Shown here: positions 41,256-55,409 of the stretch, one piece after another
Position numbering within the stretch: the first letter of the stretch is position 1
How the letters are laid out: each line of letters opens with the position of its first letter
NCBI GenBank assembly: GCA_964016885.1
Contig: OZ024742.1
Span: 316,200,001-316,264,000, forward strand
DNA from: Eledone cirrhosa
Lineage: Eukaryota
Direction of reading: 5' to 3'
Length of the DNA stretch: 64,000 bases
Position numbers and translations under genes: made by a program
The notes under the pieces: model-generated
Databases searched by the model: none
Seen by the model: only the letters and a program-made list of their open reading frames with translations
What the model was told of the DNA's origin: nothing

Positions 41256-41550
41256 CCTCTTCGACCGGTCGCTGTCGAGACCTCAGGCATACATGGACCC
41301 CGTACTGCCAAGAGCCTCCGCAAGATCGGAACGTTAGCAGCCCGTCTGAAGAAGGAGCCCCGCAAGGTGGAGTGGCTGTTGCAGCGGGTCTCACTTGCCA
41401 TTGTCCACGGAAATGCTTTTGCGGTCTTGTCAATAAGGTTCAGCCCCAACACCGCTCCGCCCTAGGCCTAGAGCCCATCACCCTCCCTCTTCACCCCCTG
41501 TTCTTCTGGGACTCTAGAGCTCTAGCCATTCCCGTTTTTTCCCGTTTTTA
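41256..41550 (+). mobile_element. 5'-truncated CRE-like (restriction-like endonuclease) non-LTR retrotransposon 3' end
   Basis: 41265-41465 reads PVAVETSGIHGPRTAKSLRKIG...EPRKVEWLLQRVSLAIVHGNAFAVL..*, matching P-x-A-x-ET-x-G...QR-x-S-x-AI-x-RGNA; GC-rich relative to its flanks. Confidence 0.75.
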
Positions 41551-41893
41551 AATATCTATAATGTAAAATATATACAGAAGACTGCAAAAAATGTTCAATA
41601 GAAGATAAATTTCAACCAGGAAGAACATAAGGTGATTTGAATTTAGAAAGAGCTGAAAGTATTCGGCAAGAAATAGTTAATATGCAATTTATGCGTGCGA
41701 GAGAGAATGAAAATAGAGAGAATGACGGAGAAGGGAAGAAGGAAGTGAGTGGTAGTAAATGGCGTTAATAGCTATAAAGAACAGAAAGAGGGGAAGGAGT
41801 AGGAAGAGACGCTTTAAGCATTATGGCAGGAGAAGAGACGGAATAATGCATTTTATACACACACACACACATATATATGTATATATATGTATA

Positions 41894-41971
<78 letters not shown>

Positions 41972-41976
<5 letters not shown>

Positions 41977-42520
41977 GGAATAGAATGAAACGAAATTTCA
42001 TTTCTCACTCTTAGTACGGCACTCACTTAAATGTAAGTATGTATGTATGCATACGTACATACATATATGTATACAGACGCACAGTAGTATGTATATATAT
42101 ATACATACATGCACACATATATATATATGCACGTTTCAGTCTACCGAACATCTATTATAATGCTCGGTTTGTTCGTTTGTAAACAAACAAACAGGCCAAA
42201 CCACGCCGTACAGTGTTTAGGCAACCACGTCACCCTTCTGTTCAACACTGACACAGGAACGATGTACTAGTTTCAAGCTTATCAGCTATCGTCAGCATCG
42301 TACACCTTCCTGCCAGATGGTTGAACGTCTGAAAGTATATACTTTCCTTATGCATATTAACGGCTGAGCAGCCTAATTTGCATATCGAACGAGTTCAGTC
42401 GGCCGGGCACACCGAAAACGATAAATGGAATAGAATGAAACGAAATTCCATTTCTCACTCTTAGTACGGCACTCACTTAAATGTAAGTATGTATGTATGT
42501 ATACGTGCATACATATATGT
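41972..42520 (+). mobile_element. TA-flanked element with ~100-bp terminal direct repeats
   Basis: ATAAATGGAATAGAATGAAACGAAATT..CTTAGTACGGCACTCACTTAAATGTAAG at about 41971 and 42421. Confidence 0.7.
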
Positions 42521-42693
42521 ATACATATACATATATGTATGTATGTATACATACATACATACATACTTATATATATATATATATATATAATATATACTAT
42601 ATATATGTTTATATAATATATATTTATAATATATATATATACGTATATATATATGTATATATATGTATATATATATATATATATATATAGTAA

Positions 42694-42807
42694 TAATTGT
42701 TTCTACTTTTGGCACAAGGCCAGCAATTATCCCAGTGCATTACTGGTACTTTATTTTATCGACCTCGTAAGGATGAAAGGCAAAGTTGACCTCGGCGGGA
42801 TTTGAAC
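42694..42807 (-). mobile_element. SINE family A (partial)
   Basis: Tail, core and B box present. Confidence 0.88.
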
Positions 42808-43026
42808 TATATATATAGTAATAATGTCATATTTTCCTGAGTCAGTTTTCTCGTTGCTTTGGACACTGCGGCTGGCTTACCGGTCGCTGTCTTCAATTTG
42901 CAAAGCTGTCTAAACGTAATGTTATAACTCTAAGTTAAAATACCTTATTGAGTGCTTAGCTGCACATTCCGATTGCATTCGTTAGCTTAGCTGCAGCCAG
43001 AGCTTCGATTATGCTGTACTTCCATT

Positions 43027-43065
<39 letters not shown>

Positions 43066-43104
43066 TTATTAAATAAATGGAAAGTATATTTATAAAACCA
43101 TATT

Positions 43105-43165
43105 TATTCTATTATATATATTTCAAGTGTACCAAAACTTTGGTACGCTTTCATCAGATAAAATA
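43105..43165 (-). ncRNA. Type-I hammerhead ribozyme in a diverged copy (43060-43355) of the 31655 family
   Basis: Reverse complement: tattttat-CTGATGA-aagcgtacca-aagttt-tggtacactt-GAAAT-atat-ATA-atagaata. Confidence 0.75.
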
Positions 43166-43351
43166 CAAAGTGTGTTTTATAAATTTTGATATAACCAAGG
43201 AATCATACATTATCAGTTGAATTTTCCTTGGGTATCATTGAATATCACTTTAATATCATTGAATATTTACTCCAGAAAACTGTCGAGTTCTCTAAATCAG
43301 TTATAAACATTTATATTTGTTGAATATCCAACAAATTAAATATCCCTTCTA

Positions 43352-43402
<51 letters not shown>

Positions 43403-43408
43403 GGGGGG

Positions 43409-43481
<73 letters not shown>

Positions 43482-44014
43482 GTATATAGATACTTATAGC
43501 TTATTCTCCTCACATGTCTAATAGAAAATAGACATTAGAGTCATTAGAAAAGATCAATAATGTACTTAATGGTGGTTCTTTGTTTTTCTACCCATCTGAT
43601 AATTGTTATAGATATGATCTTGAAGCCATGGAGTGGTAATAACAAAAACTGCTAAATAATGCAGTTTTTCACTCTACCACATGCATTCAGTACTCTGTCT
43701 TCTTATATTATTCCTGATAACACTTAATATATTGATAAGCTTACGACTACATGTAGATCGCGTTGTATATATTACACACTTACACTTACACACACACACA
43801 CATATATATACATATATATGAAAACAGTGAAATGAAATACAGAAGACAATTACAAAATATGTTATTAGTTTCACCATTGTATGATATGGGTAAAGGAGTG
43901 TCTTTAACATACACACATAGACATAAATACATACAGATACACACGCACAGTTATAGACACGTACACACACAGACACAGACACAGACACAGACACACACAC
44001 TCATTCTCTCTCTG

Positions 44015-44746
<732 letters not shown>

Positions 44747-44854
44747 ATATATATACATAACACCTGTATTTATTATCAGAGCGTTAAAAATGCAATTGTA
44801 ATTCGGACGTCAAATTCTGGTTTTAAGTCATCAACTTTCTTTGTTTTGTTTTTT

Positions 44855-45022
44855 GGAGGGGGGGGGGGGTCGATTATATTGACTTAGTACTTAATTGTTA
44901 CTTTATTTTATCGATGAAAGGCAGACTTGACTACGGCGGGATTTGAACCCAGAACGTAGAAAGCTGTAATAAAACGTAAATCCTTAACTCCAATGTTCTT
45001 CTCATATTACCAATCCACCGCT
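44855..45022 (-). mobile_element. Degenerate SINE family A-like copy
   Basis: GATGAAAGGC...GGCGGGATTTGAACCCAG...CCAATCCACCG. Confidence 0.7.
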
Positions 45023-45179
45023 CTGTTAGACATAATAAACACCAGTAAAAAAAACCTGCCTGTCATAACAAAAAAAGAAATGAAGTTATTATGATACATG
45101 TTGAAGAAGATATACTCGTATATCTTCTTCAACATGTATCATATCAAGACATTAGTAGAGAAAACAATATAGCTTGATA

Positions 45180-45373
45180 CAGACCTGTCAACTCTCCCCG
45201 TTCGACGAGGATATTTGCAATAGCTTTTGGGGTGGGTGAGAGATGTCTTCTCTTGTGAAAATGGGGATAGCTTTTATTATGTAAAATCTTCCCATTTTGC
45301 CCCATTTCTCCCCGATTTGGGGCACTTTTTCCATGGTACTCCCCGTTTGGGATTTTAAAGGTAGGCAGGTCTG
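45180..45373 (+). mobile_element. MITE family with CAGACCTG..CAGGTCTG TIRs, copy 1
   Basis: About 10-bp TIRs; internal GGTGGGTGAGA.ATGT.TTCTCTTGTGAAAATGGG shared with two other copies. Confidence 0.8.
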
Positions 45374-46239
45374 TACATGGAAAAAGGAAGTTATTGAAAG
45401 ATTAAATTTAGAAAGTTAGGCTTTGGTATCTTCAGAAAATAGAAGGAACTAGGGGAGGCGTAGGGGCACCGTATTGACATACGGCGTTTCTAGGGCATTT
45501 TAAAACCTGCGGAGCACATCGCCATTCTAGGTCTGAACACAATAGATTTCTTCATGAGAAGGAAAGAGAATGAGAGAATGTGAGTGAGAAATAATCTACT
45601 CGAGTACTTGACTGGTATTTATTTGTATTGTCCTCGAATTAATGAAAGGCAATTTTACCGCAGAGAACAGAGAGCCCGATTACCGCAAAGCATTCTCTGA
45701 CGTAATAACGAGTCTACCAATTCGCCGCCTTTGTGTATAAACTATCTCTTACCGAGTAGTGATGTATCAGAAGTGGCCAAGGATAGGTAACTAGTAGTAT
45801 TGGAGGTCAGGCTAGTGTTGCGGCTAGGGTTAAGTGCTGTAGTATAATAGGATGGTCAGGATATTGATAACATGATAAAGAAAGTGCATTTAGGTCAACA
45901 TTGCTTGTACCTAAATTGTGTGTCCCACCCCCGTGGAACATACATATACACCAGGTCCGAAATAATAGAATCAAACTCCTACTGTCAATATCTCCGTCCC
46001 TCCTGCACTCTCTATCTCTCACTATTGTGAGCAAATGGAGGCCCATACGCTGGCCACCCCTTGGCTCTAGCGGGGAAAATAGAGAACGCGTTTCACCGGA
46101 GGATATTCAAGTATAGATGTTAAGTAGAAAAATACGACATATGTATCGACAGTCGATCGACAAGATCCCAGACCTCGTCAAATCGGACCGAGGAAATAAT
46201 TGCTAATACTATCTACCGGTCGCAAATCCAGACAGAAGG

Positions 46240-46357
46240 TGCAAAGTGAAATAAAGTGTCTGGCTCAAGGAATAACACATCACCCGGTCCAGGAATCGAA
46301 CTCACAATCTCACGATTTTGAATCCATTTCTCTAACCACTCAGCCACGCACCTTCAC
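46240..46357 (-). mobile_element. tRNA-derived SINE head, second family
   Basis: Reverse complement GTGGCTGAGTGGTTAG (A box)...GAGTTCGATTCC (B box)...TCCTTGAGCCAGACACTTTA; no tRNA acceptor stem. Confidence 0.7.
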
Positions 46358-46450
46358 ATAAGCATAAATGTGCATAAATGTGCATAAATGTATAGGGAAA
46401 TACACACATACAATCTTATATACATATAAACACACGCAAACTCACACACG

Positions 46451-46495
<45 letters not shown>

Positions 46496-46498
46496 TAA

Positions 46499-46541
<43 letters not shown>

Positions 46542-47049
46542 GAAAGGTATAGAAATTGTTTTAGCGAGAAGCTAACAGTATTCTATAATATATATGCGAC
46601 TATGTCGTCAAGATGGGAAAAATAGTTAACGTAAGATGTAGGAAAAATAATTCAAACTCATCTCAAAAGAGAATGAGGATACAAATTCATCCACAGAATT
46701 TAGTGAAATCCAGGGAAAAATCAATAGACCCTTAACTCATGATAAAATAAAGTTTAAAATACTCATCCTTCAATTTGGAAAAACATCAAATGCTCTGTAT
46801 AGTCTTAAAGACTATTTCATGAAAACTTTCAGTGGAGATGGTCACGGTTGGATAGTTAATAAATGAAACTAAATAAAACACAGGAAGCAAAATTTCGCAG
46901 TTATATATAGGTTCAAGCTTGGAGGAAGTGGATGAGGTTTTAACATAGACGTATAAGTAGTGTGAGAAGGTTAGGAAAGGAATTTAAAAAGAAACAAAAA
47001 AGGTGATGGGGGGGGGGGGGGGGCACACACTTAAATAAGCTAATCGGAG

Positions 47050-47410
47050 TGTAGCCGTAGAGGAAAGTGCCCGTCTTCAGCCCTTTCAGACGTGTCCACT
47101 ACACGACCGCTTTCGCCATGGCAAAATATACTGTCATTCCTGGCTAAAGGAGGGGAGGGCGGGGCCATTTTGACGATGGACTCAGTTGAAAGACGGATCC
47201 ATCCGACACGTGACAGTAGGTGTTCGACATAAACCTACAAGCCAGTGATACACGGACACTGGACGGTTTCGTCGACCTGCGCGCATCTCGGACAGACCCA
47301 TTAGACGGCACTTCCATGCCTGTAGAGTTTATCTCGAACCGGCAACACTCCCCGGTAGAATTGCCAGGCCAGGGACTTCTGGAAGTTATACATGGGCCCT
47401 GGACTGATTT
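47050..47410 (-). mobile_element. Tx1/L1-type LINE ORF2 C-terminal zinc-binding fragment
   Basis: PGPMYNFQKSLAWQFYRGVLPVRDKLYRHG..*WVCPRCAQVDETV..QCP is a zf-RVT-like motif, with stops. Confidence 0.75.
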
Positions 47411-48423
47411 TTGTCCATGCAAGTAATAATGATAATCGTGATAATATTGATAATGGTATGGGCATCGTATGATATTGAATAATTCATATAGTAACGTCGA
47501 ATTCGTGAGAAAGAACAGACACATATCGAAGGTGTGACTGAATAAGCTATCTTTATGTTGTTTTTTAGTTATGGTTGAGGAGAATCTTGTTGTATGGCTA
47601 TACTAACAAAATACACGGAAGTCTCGAATAAATTTCTTTTTTTTTTAAATGCTTAGGTTTTTATGATGTTCTTTCCTTTACTTTCAGTAATCTTTTAATC
47701 ACATTGCTTTTGAATATATTCTTTAATAATGTATATCAGTTTCATCTTATAGAAATCTAGATTGATAGATATAAAAAATATACCCAGCATGACGAAAATC
47801 AACTGACTGAAACAAGTAAAATAATTTAAATTATTTATCTCTGTGTTGTTATTCTTTTTGAAGAATAGTACGAATATTTAAGAGAGAAAATGTTACATTT
47901 CTTTTAAATACTATAAAAAAAGAGTAATTTATTTCAAAGAGTGAAAACATATATATAAAGATACAAGAAAATACTTTTGAAACAACTTAAATTCTGTTTT
48001 AAACTTGTTTTTTTTTTCGAACGAAAAGTGTGAGTTTTTCTCTAACAGTTTTGCCATGATATTTTTCGCGATCACCATTAGTTCAGGTTTGAGCAAGAAG
48101 AACCATGCTCAAATGTGTTCCAGTCGTAAACACCGGCGAATCATAAGCCCAGTGCATGCAGGACCACACTAACTAGTGTGTTATTTTCTAAGTATATTTA
48201 CATTTATACAACTGTGAACCTCAACGTTAAAACCAATATGAATATTCTGTCAAATGCTGGCAGTAAAGGTGAAAATAAAACATTTAGATGCCGACGGAAC
48301 AGTTAATTATGGTACAAACTGTAAGGTGTAAAGGTATTAACTATAGAAGCTTGGCGTTAATAGAAGTTACAGGAACTTTCTAAAGGAAACGGAAGGCCCA
48401 GCGTGTATATATATATATATATA

Positions 48424-48483
48424 TAGAAGTAGTAGCACAACAGTTAGTTCACCGGTGAACTAACTGTTGTGCTACTACTTCTA
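48424..48483. repeat. Perfect 60-bp palindrome next to (TA)n
   Basis: TAGAAGTAGTAGCACAACAGTTAGTTCACC|GGTGAACTAACTGTTGTGCTACTACTTCTA. Confidence 0.95.
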
Positions 48484-49150
48484 CCACACTCGTCCCTTGG
48501 ACCGAGTGCTCTCCTACTACGAATATTACCCTCCAGTGTTCTTTATATATATATGACCCTCCCAAAGCATAACAATATATATATCTATATATATATCTAT
48601 ATATATATATAAAGAGCCAGGAATCCCCCCGTGCGTTATGTTTCATCTGGTATCTTACCACACCTTCTTTCCTTCTTTGTTATATATATATGGATTATAT
48701 ATATATATATATATAACCAAAGATTAATATGGTTCGTTAATTATTATCTAGCATTTGAATACAACGGTTTTTTATTCTCCCCTCTATTTCATATTTTCCT
48801 TTTCCTTTTCTTCGTTTTTTCATTATTCCCCTTCGTTTTCTCTTTATTCTCCCTACATCTTCCCTCTCTTTTGTTTTTATTCCTCTTTTCTCTTACATCT
48901 TTTTTTCTTCTTTTATTCATTTATTCATTTATTTATTTATTCATTTATTCATTTATTTATTGGTTTATTTTTTGCCTTTTCCTCTTCTTTGTACACCCCT
49001 TCTATATTTCTACCTTGCTGTAGGTCCTTTTCTTCTTTAAGTTTATAATATTATTTGTGGTATAAAAACGTTGAGAGTTGGTAAAATAAATCACTGCCAA
49101 TACTGGAATTGAATAATCAAAACCGTAGCGTATGTCCCATATCAAATCTT

Positions 49151-49215
49151 ATATTTTGTCTGATGAAAACGTACCTAAACACCATTGTAACTTTGAAATA
49201 TGTATAATAAAATAT
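49151..49215 (+). ncRNA. Type-I hammerhead ribozyme-like motif
   Basis: atattttgt-CTGATGA-aaa...ttt-GAAAT-atgt-ATA-ataaaatat; 9-bp stem I, weakened stem II. Confidence 0.55.
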
Positions 49216-49260
49216 ATATTTTGATTATTAGAATATTTTTCATTTATTAAGATTTTGAAT

Positions 49261-49331
<71 letters not shown>

Positions 49332-50145
49332 TGGATGTGAGTGTGTGTGTAATTCCAAGGTGCAACCGTATCGACACACATAGAAGTGACGTCTGAACGA
49401 GTATCGTCCACCACCAACTAACTTACCCTCCACCTCTGGGTCCTGGCCGACAGGATAGAGAATACATTACCCCAGCGGACGGCGATGGAGAAGCGCTGAA
49501 ATAGCCACTCCACCTCACTGTGATTTTTATCTTTATTCGTTCTTTTTTCTTTTATTTTTTCTTCCTTTTTTAAATTTTCTTTCTTCTATCCATCTACCTC
49601 CACGTGTGAAGGACCATGTACACGTATATGTGTGCGCTGGTGTGTATGGATTGTGTGTCTGTCAGCGTGTTTGTGCTTGTGATTAATCTGTAGTTCACGA
49701 GTACCTGCACATACTACTGATATAGGACCATGCACATGCGCGCATGACTACATCAATGTGAACCTACTCCATTTAGATTTAACTCGCACACACACACTTT
49801 TAGCAACACTCAAATGCTTTAGCTTAAGCACACCCCTCTTCCCTCTGAACAACACCTTAGGTAGATGACCACGCTCCATTGACTTACTGACGTTAACAAC
49901 ATATTAATAGTAATAGCATGACCGTTACCACCTGCTGGGATCTCACCGATAAAATATGAAGATAAAAATAGATTAATCAGCTGTTTTATACCCCTTTAAG
50001 AACCGGAACCATTGACCATAGATTTCTCCATGATGACCCACTGAATACGCACGTGTATTTTTTTTTCTCCATATTTTTTTTAATTTTCCCCGTTTCTTCC
50101 TCTCATCACTCTTTACTTTCTATTTATCTTCTATTTCTCACTCTC

Positions 50146-50181
50146 TCTTCTGATGAATGACTAGTGTCCGAAACGTTAAGA
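50146..50181 (+). ncRNA. Minimal hammerhead ribozyme-like motif (dimer type)
   Basis: tctt-CTGATGA-at-gac-tagt-gtc-c-GAAAC-GTT-aaga; self-complementary ACGT stem III as in PLE minimal hammerheads. Confidence 0.6.
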
Positions 50182-50645
50182 TTCTCTTCCTGCTATTTCA
50201 AGCGTTAAACTAATATATTTCTTCCATGTACTCATGTACTGTGCCGTTTGTTTTAATATTTTTGCTTTTACATACATAGATTGAATAGTCTGATTCCTTT
50301 TCGTGCAATGATCTACTTTCCCCACCACCTAGTACCACTATTGTAGCACCTACTCCCCAGTCCCCGGGCTTGCAAGCACTAGAGTTCATATAACATATAC
50401 CTGATATTGATACGTAGACACCTCTTCAATTGCAGGCATATCAACACCCAAAACAAACCTTTAATTTTATTTATAGTTGAAATCCTGTTTGAAGATACAT
50501 TGAATAACAGTTGAATAATGATATTTTGATGCCTTTGAAATGTACATAGTGGGTTGAAGTAACAAAATAAAGCTAAGGTTGAATATATAATACCGCCTCT
50601 CTTTCTTGTTTTTAAAATTGATACTCCATCTGATACTATATACAT

Positions 50646-50728
50646 AATTGTTTCTACTTTTGGCACAAGGCCAGCAATTATCCGGTGCATTACTGGTACT
50701 TTATTTTATCGACCCCGTTAGGATGAAA
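50646..50728 (-). mobile_element. SINE family A 3' fragment
   Basis: Tail and part of the core. Confidence 0.8.
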
Positions 50729-50839
50729 CTATATACATAATACCTTATTGTACCCATCACGTGGAGTGCTTACACTGATTACGCTCTTATTGGTCGATTG
50801 GCTAGATCAGCCAACTCTTATTATAGTAATAAATATATA

Positions 50840-50875
<36 letters not shown>

Positions 50876-51947
50876 CACATATATAAATTTGAGTATGTGT
50901 TAGTTAGTTACCTACACTTCAGTGTGCAGGGTAGAGCACTCAACGAAGTGCGCAGTTGGATCTGTTTACTCCGGAGTAATTTAAAAACAAGAAGTGTAGG
51001 TCAACAGGTTCAAATTATCAAAATAACAGAGGTAAACTTTGTTCCATCATTATGTTTTTTTATTTTTTCTGTTCAAGTTCTAGCTGTTGAACAACAGTTA
51101 TCACCGAAATATATATAACAGCGAATATGAATTTAACGAAGTTAATTTTAACATGTTGACTTACACTTCTTGTTTTTATATATATACAAACGCAGACACA
51201 CACATATATATATATATACATAAATACATACATACGCACATGTATATACATCTATATATATATATATATATATATATACAGTAATATATATATGTCCATA
51301 CATACGAAGCTAGTCAAAGGGATTCGACACACACACACACACACACACATTACACACATACACACACGCACTACACGCATACACACACACAACCCCCCCC
51401 ACACACACATATATGTATATATATATATATATACATATATATACATACATACACATATATACACACAGATACACACATACGCACACATATATTCTCGGTA
51501 AGAAGTCATTGACATTAATTCCATTGTTCATATATATATATACAAACGCAGGCACACACACATATATATATACATAAATACATACACACATATACACACA
51601 TACGCACACATATATATTCTCGGTAAGAAGTCATTGACATTAATTCCATTGTACGTTAATTGGATAAACTTAAATAAAGAATTGTACAGTAATTATCTTG
51701 GTATTTTAATAGTTTTTAAAGGAACCTTTTTTTTTAGCTATAATAATTATAATAATTATTGTATCGTATGGCCGTATAAAGACACGTGTATTGTTCTTAG
51801 TTATTTTCTAGCTTATTTCGTGGCTTACAAATGACATGCTTCCAATTGTTTCTAGGAGGTGTGTCACCCTACTTATTTTGATAAATGTATTAATACTGCG
51901 CTGCAATATTTCATTCTCCTATAAATTGTTGAGATTAGGCCAAAATA

Positions 51948-52131
51948 CAGACTTGAAACCCAAATGGGGAGTACCATGAAAACAAGTGCCGCCAAACGTG
52001 AAGAAATGAGGCAAAATGGGAAGATTTTACATAATGAAAGTTATACCCATTTTCACAAGAGAACACATCTCTCACCCACCCCAATGTGGGTGGGAGATCT
52101 CCCCTTCGGACGGGGATAGTTGACAGGTCTG
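51948..52131 (-). mobile_element. MITE family, copy 2
   Basis: Reverse complement of the 45180-45373 family. Confidence 0.78.
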
Positions 52132-52439
52132 CTAATAACAGTGGAATACAGCGGTAGATTCGCAGAATGGTTGGAACATCAAATAAAATGCTACGCATTA
52201 TTTTTTCCGGCTCTTTGAATTATGAGTCCAAATCCTGTCATGTATCGATAAAATAAAGTACCAGTCAAGTACTGTGATCGATTTAATCGACTTTACTCTC
52301 TCTCCGAATTGCCAACTCCCGGTTCTAAATTAGAAACTATTAATAATGGTGGATTGGCAAAATCTGTAGAATGTCGGATAATATGTATTGCGATATTTAG
52401 TTCGATAAATTGAAGTACTTGGTCGATGTAACCAATACC

Positions 52440-52614
52440 CAGAGATGTCAACGCTCCCTGTCCGACAGGGGGATCTCCCACCCACTTTGCGGTGGGTGAG
52501 ATATGTCTTCTCTTGTGAAAATGGGTATAGCTTTCATTATGTAAAATCTCTCCGTTCTGGAGAACATCTTTTCATGGTACTTGCCGTTTGGGATTTTAGA
52601 GGTTGGCAGGTCTG
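52440..52614 (+). mobile_element. MITE family, copy 3
   Basis: CAGAGATGTCAAC...GTTGGCAGGTCTG, flanked on both sides by AATACC (candidate TSD). Confidence 0.8.
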
Positions 52615-53322
52615 AATACCCATATTTGTGGCCATGCAGCTATTCTAGAATTCTGTATTTCTATTTACATGAAATGAAATTCCTGTCTAGGTTTCTACAA
52701 TTCCTACTACCGAAATAAATAATATTTAAAACTATACGTTGTACTATAAATATCTTTGTTTCATACTCTCATTGTTTATCTACTTTTGATTCTCTTTCAT
52801 ACGCTTTTCGTTTTAGCATTCACACTTAGTTTCAAATAGATATATAAATGTGTTTTAAGTTTAATCCTACATTAGACTGTGGCAATGTTTAATTTGATTG
52901 TTGAATCTATAATGTGTAAAGTAACCTCGAATATATTATATACATTATCTAAGTTAAGCTGATGAAGGTCATTGTTCTCTCTGGAAGAGTTAGGAAAATA
53001 ACAAAAGTAGAAATTGAGAAAGATATTATGTTAGGAATATAAAAACAAACCTGGTAAGTGAATAGAATACACTGGAAAAGGTCACAGAAAGTCACAAAAG
53101 CCACAATTTGAGTAACGAAAAAGTCACAGCAAAAATGTTAAGAATCATAATTAAAAGTTACAATTAGGGTTACGGTTAGGCTTAGAGTTAAGGTTGTCTG
53201 ATAATAAACGACTTAAACTATTTTGAACAACAATAACTACGACATCACAAGTTGTAGTAGATATTGTTTTAAGAAATACTTACTTATTGAGAGAACTTAC
53301 AATACCAATTATATATATATAT

Positions 53323-53576
53323 AGCAAAGGAAATGTGGTAAGGAACCAGATGGACCATAACGCACCAGAGTACTCAATACTTAGGGTAGTAGAGTGGGAA
53401 ATAGGAAAAAGTATGACCCCGACAGTCATACTTTTTCCTATATATATATATATATATATATGTGTGTATATATATATATATATAGGAAAAAGTATGACTG
53501 TCGGGGTCATAATTTTTCCTATTTCCCACTATACTACCCTAAGTATTGAGTACTCTGGTGCGTTATGGTCCATCTG
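53323..53576. mobile_element. TA-flanked element with a nested palindrome (53347-53576)
   Basis: About 95-bp unique arms around a (TA/TG) core; each arm contains the hairpin TAGGAAAAAGTATGAC..GTCATA(C/A)TTTTTCCTA. Confidence 0.85.
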
Positions 53577-53685
53577 TTATTGTCCCCCACCAATTGTCCC
53601 CCACCAACACCTCACTCTCCAGAGCGTGAAATTAATAAACATTCGTTGTACTGCCTCTCTGTTTTGTCCCTGTTCAAATTTTCCC

Positions 53686-53752
<67 letters not shown>

Positions 53753-54259
53753 CAAATTTAACATAGAAATGACTCATCAGGAAAGCTAACTGTCATTGGA
53801 TGAAGCAGTTCCAGTCCTGTAGAAGCCATTTCTGTATTAAATGTGTTGTTTACACTCTACTAATGTATTGAGTACCTTACTGTGGTTATCTGGGGCATTT
53901 TGCTAGTTTTCTCTTGTAAGAGTATTAGCCGAGCTCCGTTGTCCAATGCAGTGATAAAACGTGAATTGTTTCGGCACTGCCAGGAATTATAAAACGAGAC
54001 GAATGACGAGAGGAAAACACGTCAAACAAGATGTGTGACTTTACACTAAAGTAATCTTACTGTCCAAATATAGTCGCTAAACTAAATAAGATAGCAAACG
54101 AAACAGGACGAATAGAAGACACTATCCTGGAAACGCATAGACTAAGTGTGAGAATGATGAGGAATATATTCCGTATGTGTCCATAAAGGGGATTTGAGAA
54201 TATATTGCATGCAATTCTCAGAATTTTAAGGCCGAATCAAATGAATGTAGTATACAAAA

Positions 54260-54546
54260 TAATTGTTTCTACTTTTGGCACAAGGCCTGCAATTACCCAG
54301 TGCATTACTGGTACTTTATTTTATCGACCCCGTTTGGATGAAAGGCAAACTTAACATCGACTGGATTTGAACTCAGATCATAAAAAGCCGTAACTCAATG
54401 CAGCAAAGCAGGGCATCGAACCTTCTACCGATACTGCTAATCCACCGCCGTATAGGCTAATATAATTGTTTCTACTTTTGGCACAAGGCCAGCAATTACT
54501 GGTACTTTATTTTATCGACTCCGTAAGGATGAAAGGCAAAGTTAAC
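54260..54546 (-). mobile_element. Two SINE family A copies (one full, one partial)
   Basis: Copies at 54260-54450 and 54463-54546. Confidence 0.88.
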
Positions 54547-54659
54547 ACACACACACACATATATATATAGTAATAATAATAAATTTGAAGACTAAAATCC
54601 AAAGAGGGCTCGATAAGGATAAATATATATCAAATATATAAGAACCGTAGAGCAAATAC

Positions 54660-54777
54660 TTATTAAAATAACAGATTAAAGTTTAAGCAAAGAATCGCTG
54701 CTTTCACCGTGGAGGTTTTAACCTTAAGGGTGAAAGCAGCGATTCTTTGCTTAAACTTTAATCTGCTATTTTAATAA
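54660..54777. repeat. Foldback palindrome (~49-bp arms) in the 32410-family element
   Basis: 54660-54708 pairs with 54729-54777 around an imperfect internal hairpin followed by GAAA. Confidence 0.9.
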
Positions 54778-54785
54778 ATCAATAA

Positions 54786-54835
<50 letters not shown>

Positions 54836-54841
54836 TTGTGT

Positions 54842-54902
<61 letters not shown>

Positions 54903-55409
54903 TATGTTAGAACAGCGTATATCTGAAGGTTTTAAGATTGCTACACTGTTGGATCGAATCTGGGATCGATAAGAATTGAACTCTTCTTCTTCTTCGTACA
55001 TTTTATTACTGAGATTGTCATGGGGGGGGGGGGGGGGGGGGGCAGCGTCCTCAAATACCCCTTCCAGCAAGTCCTGTCAGAAGCAATCATCTCCAATTAT
55101 CCGGCTGGATCCCCAAGCGTGACCAGCCAAGCCAGACAGCAGCCATGTTACACGAAAAAGTCTATAACTCGGAGATTTGAACTCAGAATACAAAACGCCA
55201 GCACACTCTGGCACATTATTCTACCTATAACAAAGTTGCCAATTTGCCTCTCAACAAAATAGTTATGATTATATCACTCATCATCATTATCATCATGATC
55301 AGACATGAAACTGAATTTACGTAACTAGAAATCTACGTACTTCAGTTTGGCATAGCCAAAAATGAGGGAGGTGATGGATGCGTACCAAGCTGGCGCTAGT
55401 TAGGGGGTA

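Noticed and set aside
47144-47524. 126-aa minus ORF as a secreted host exon
   Set aside because: Another frame of the same DNA matches a Tx1/L1 zf-RVT region, which explains the higher GC content.
52955-53000. CTGATGA as a hammerhead core (also CTGAAGA near 6838 and on minus near 47075)
   Set aside because: No properly placed GAAA with closing stems.
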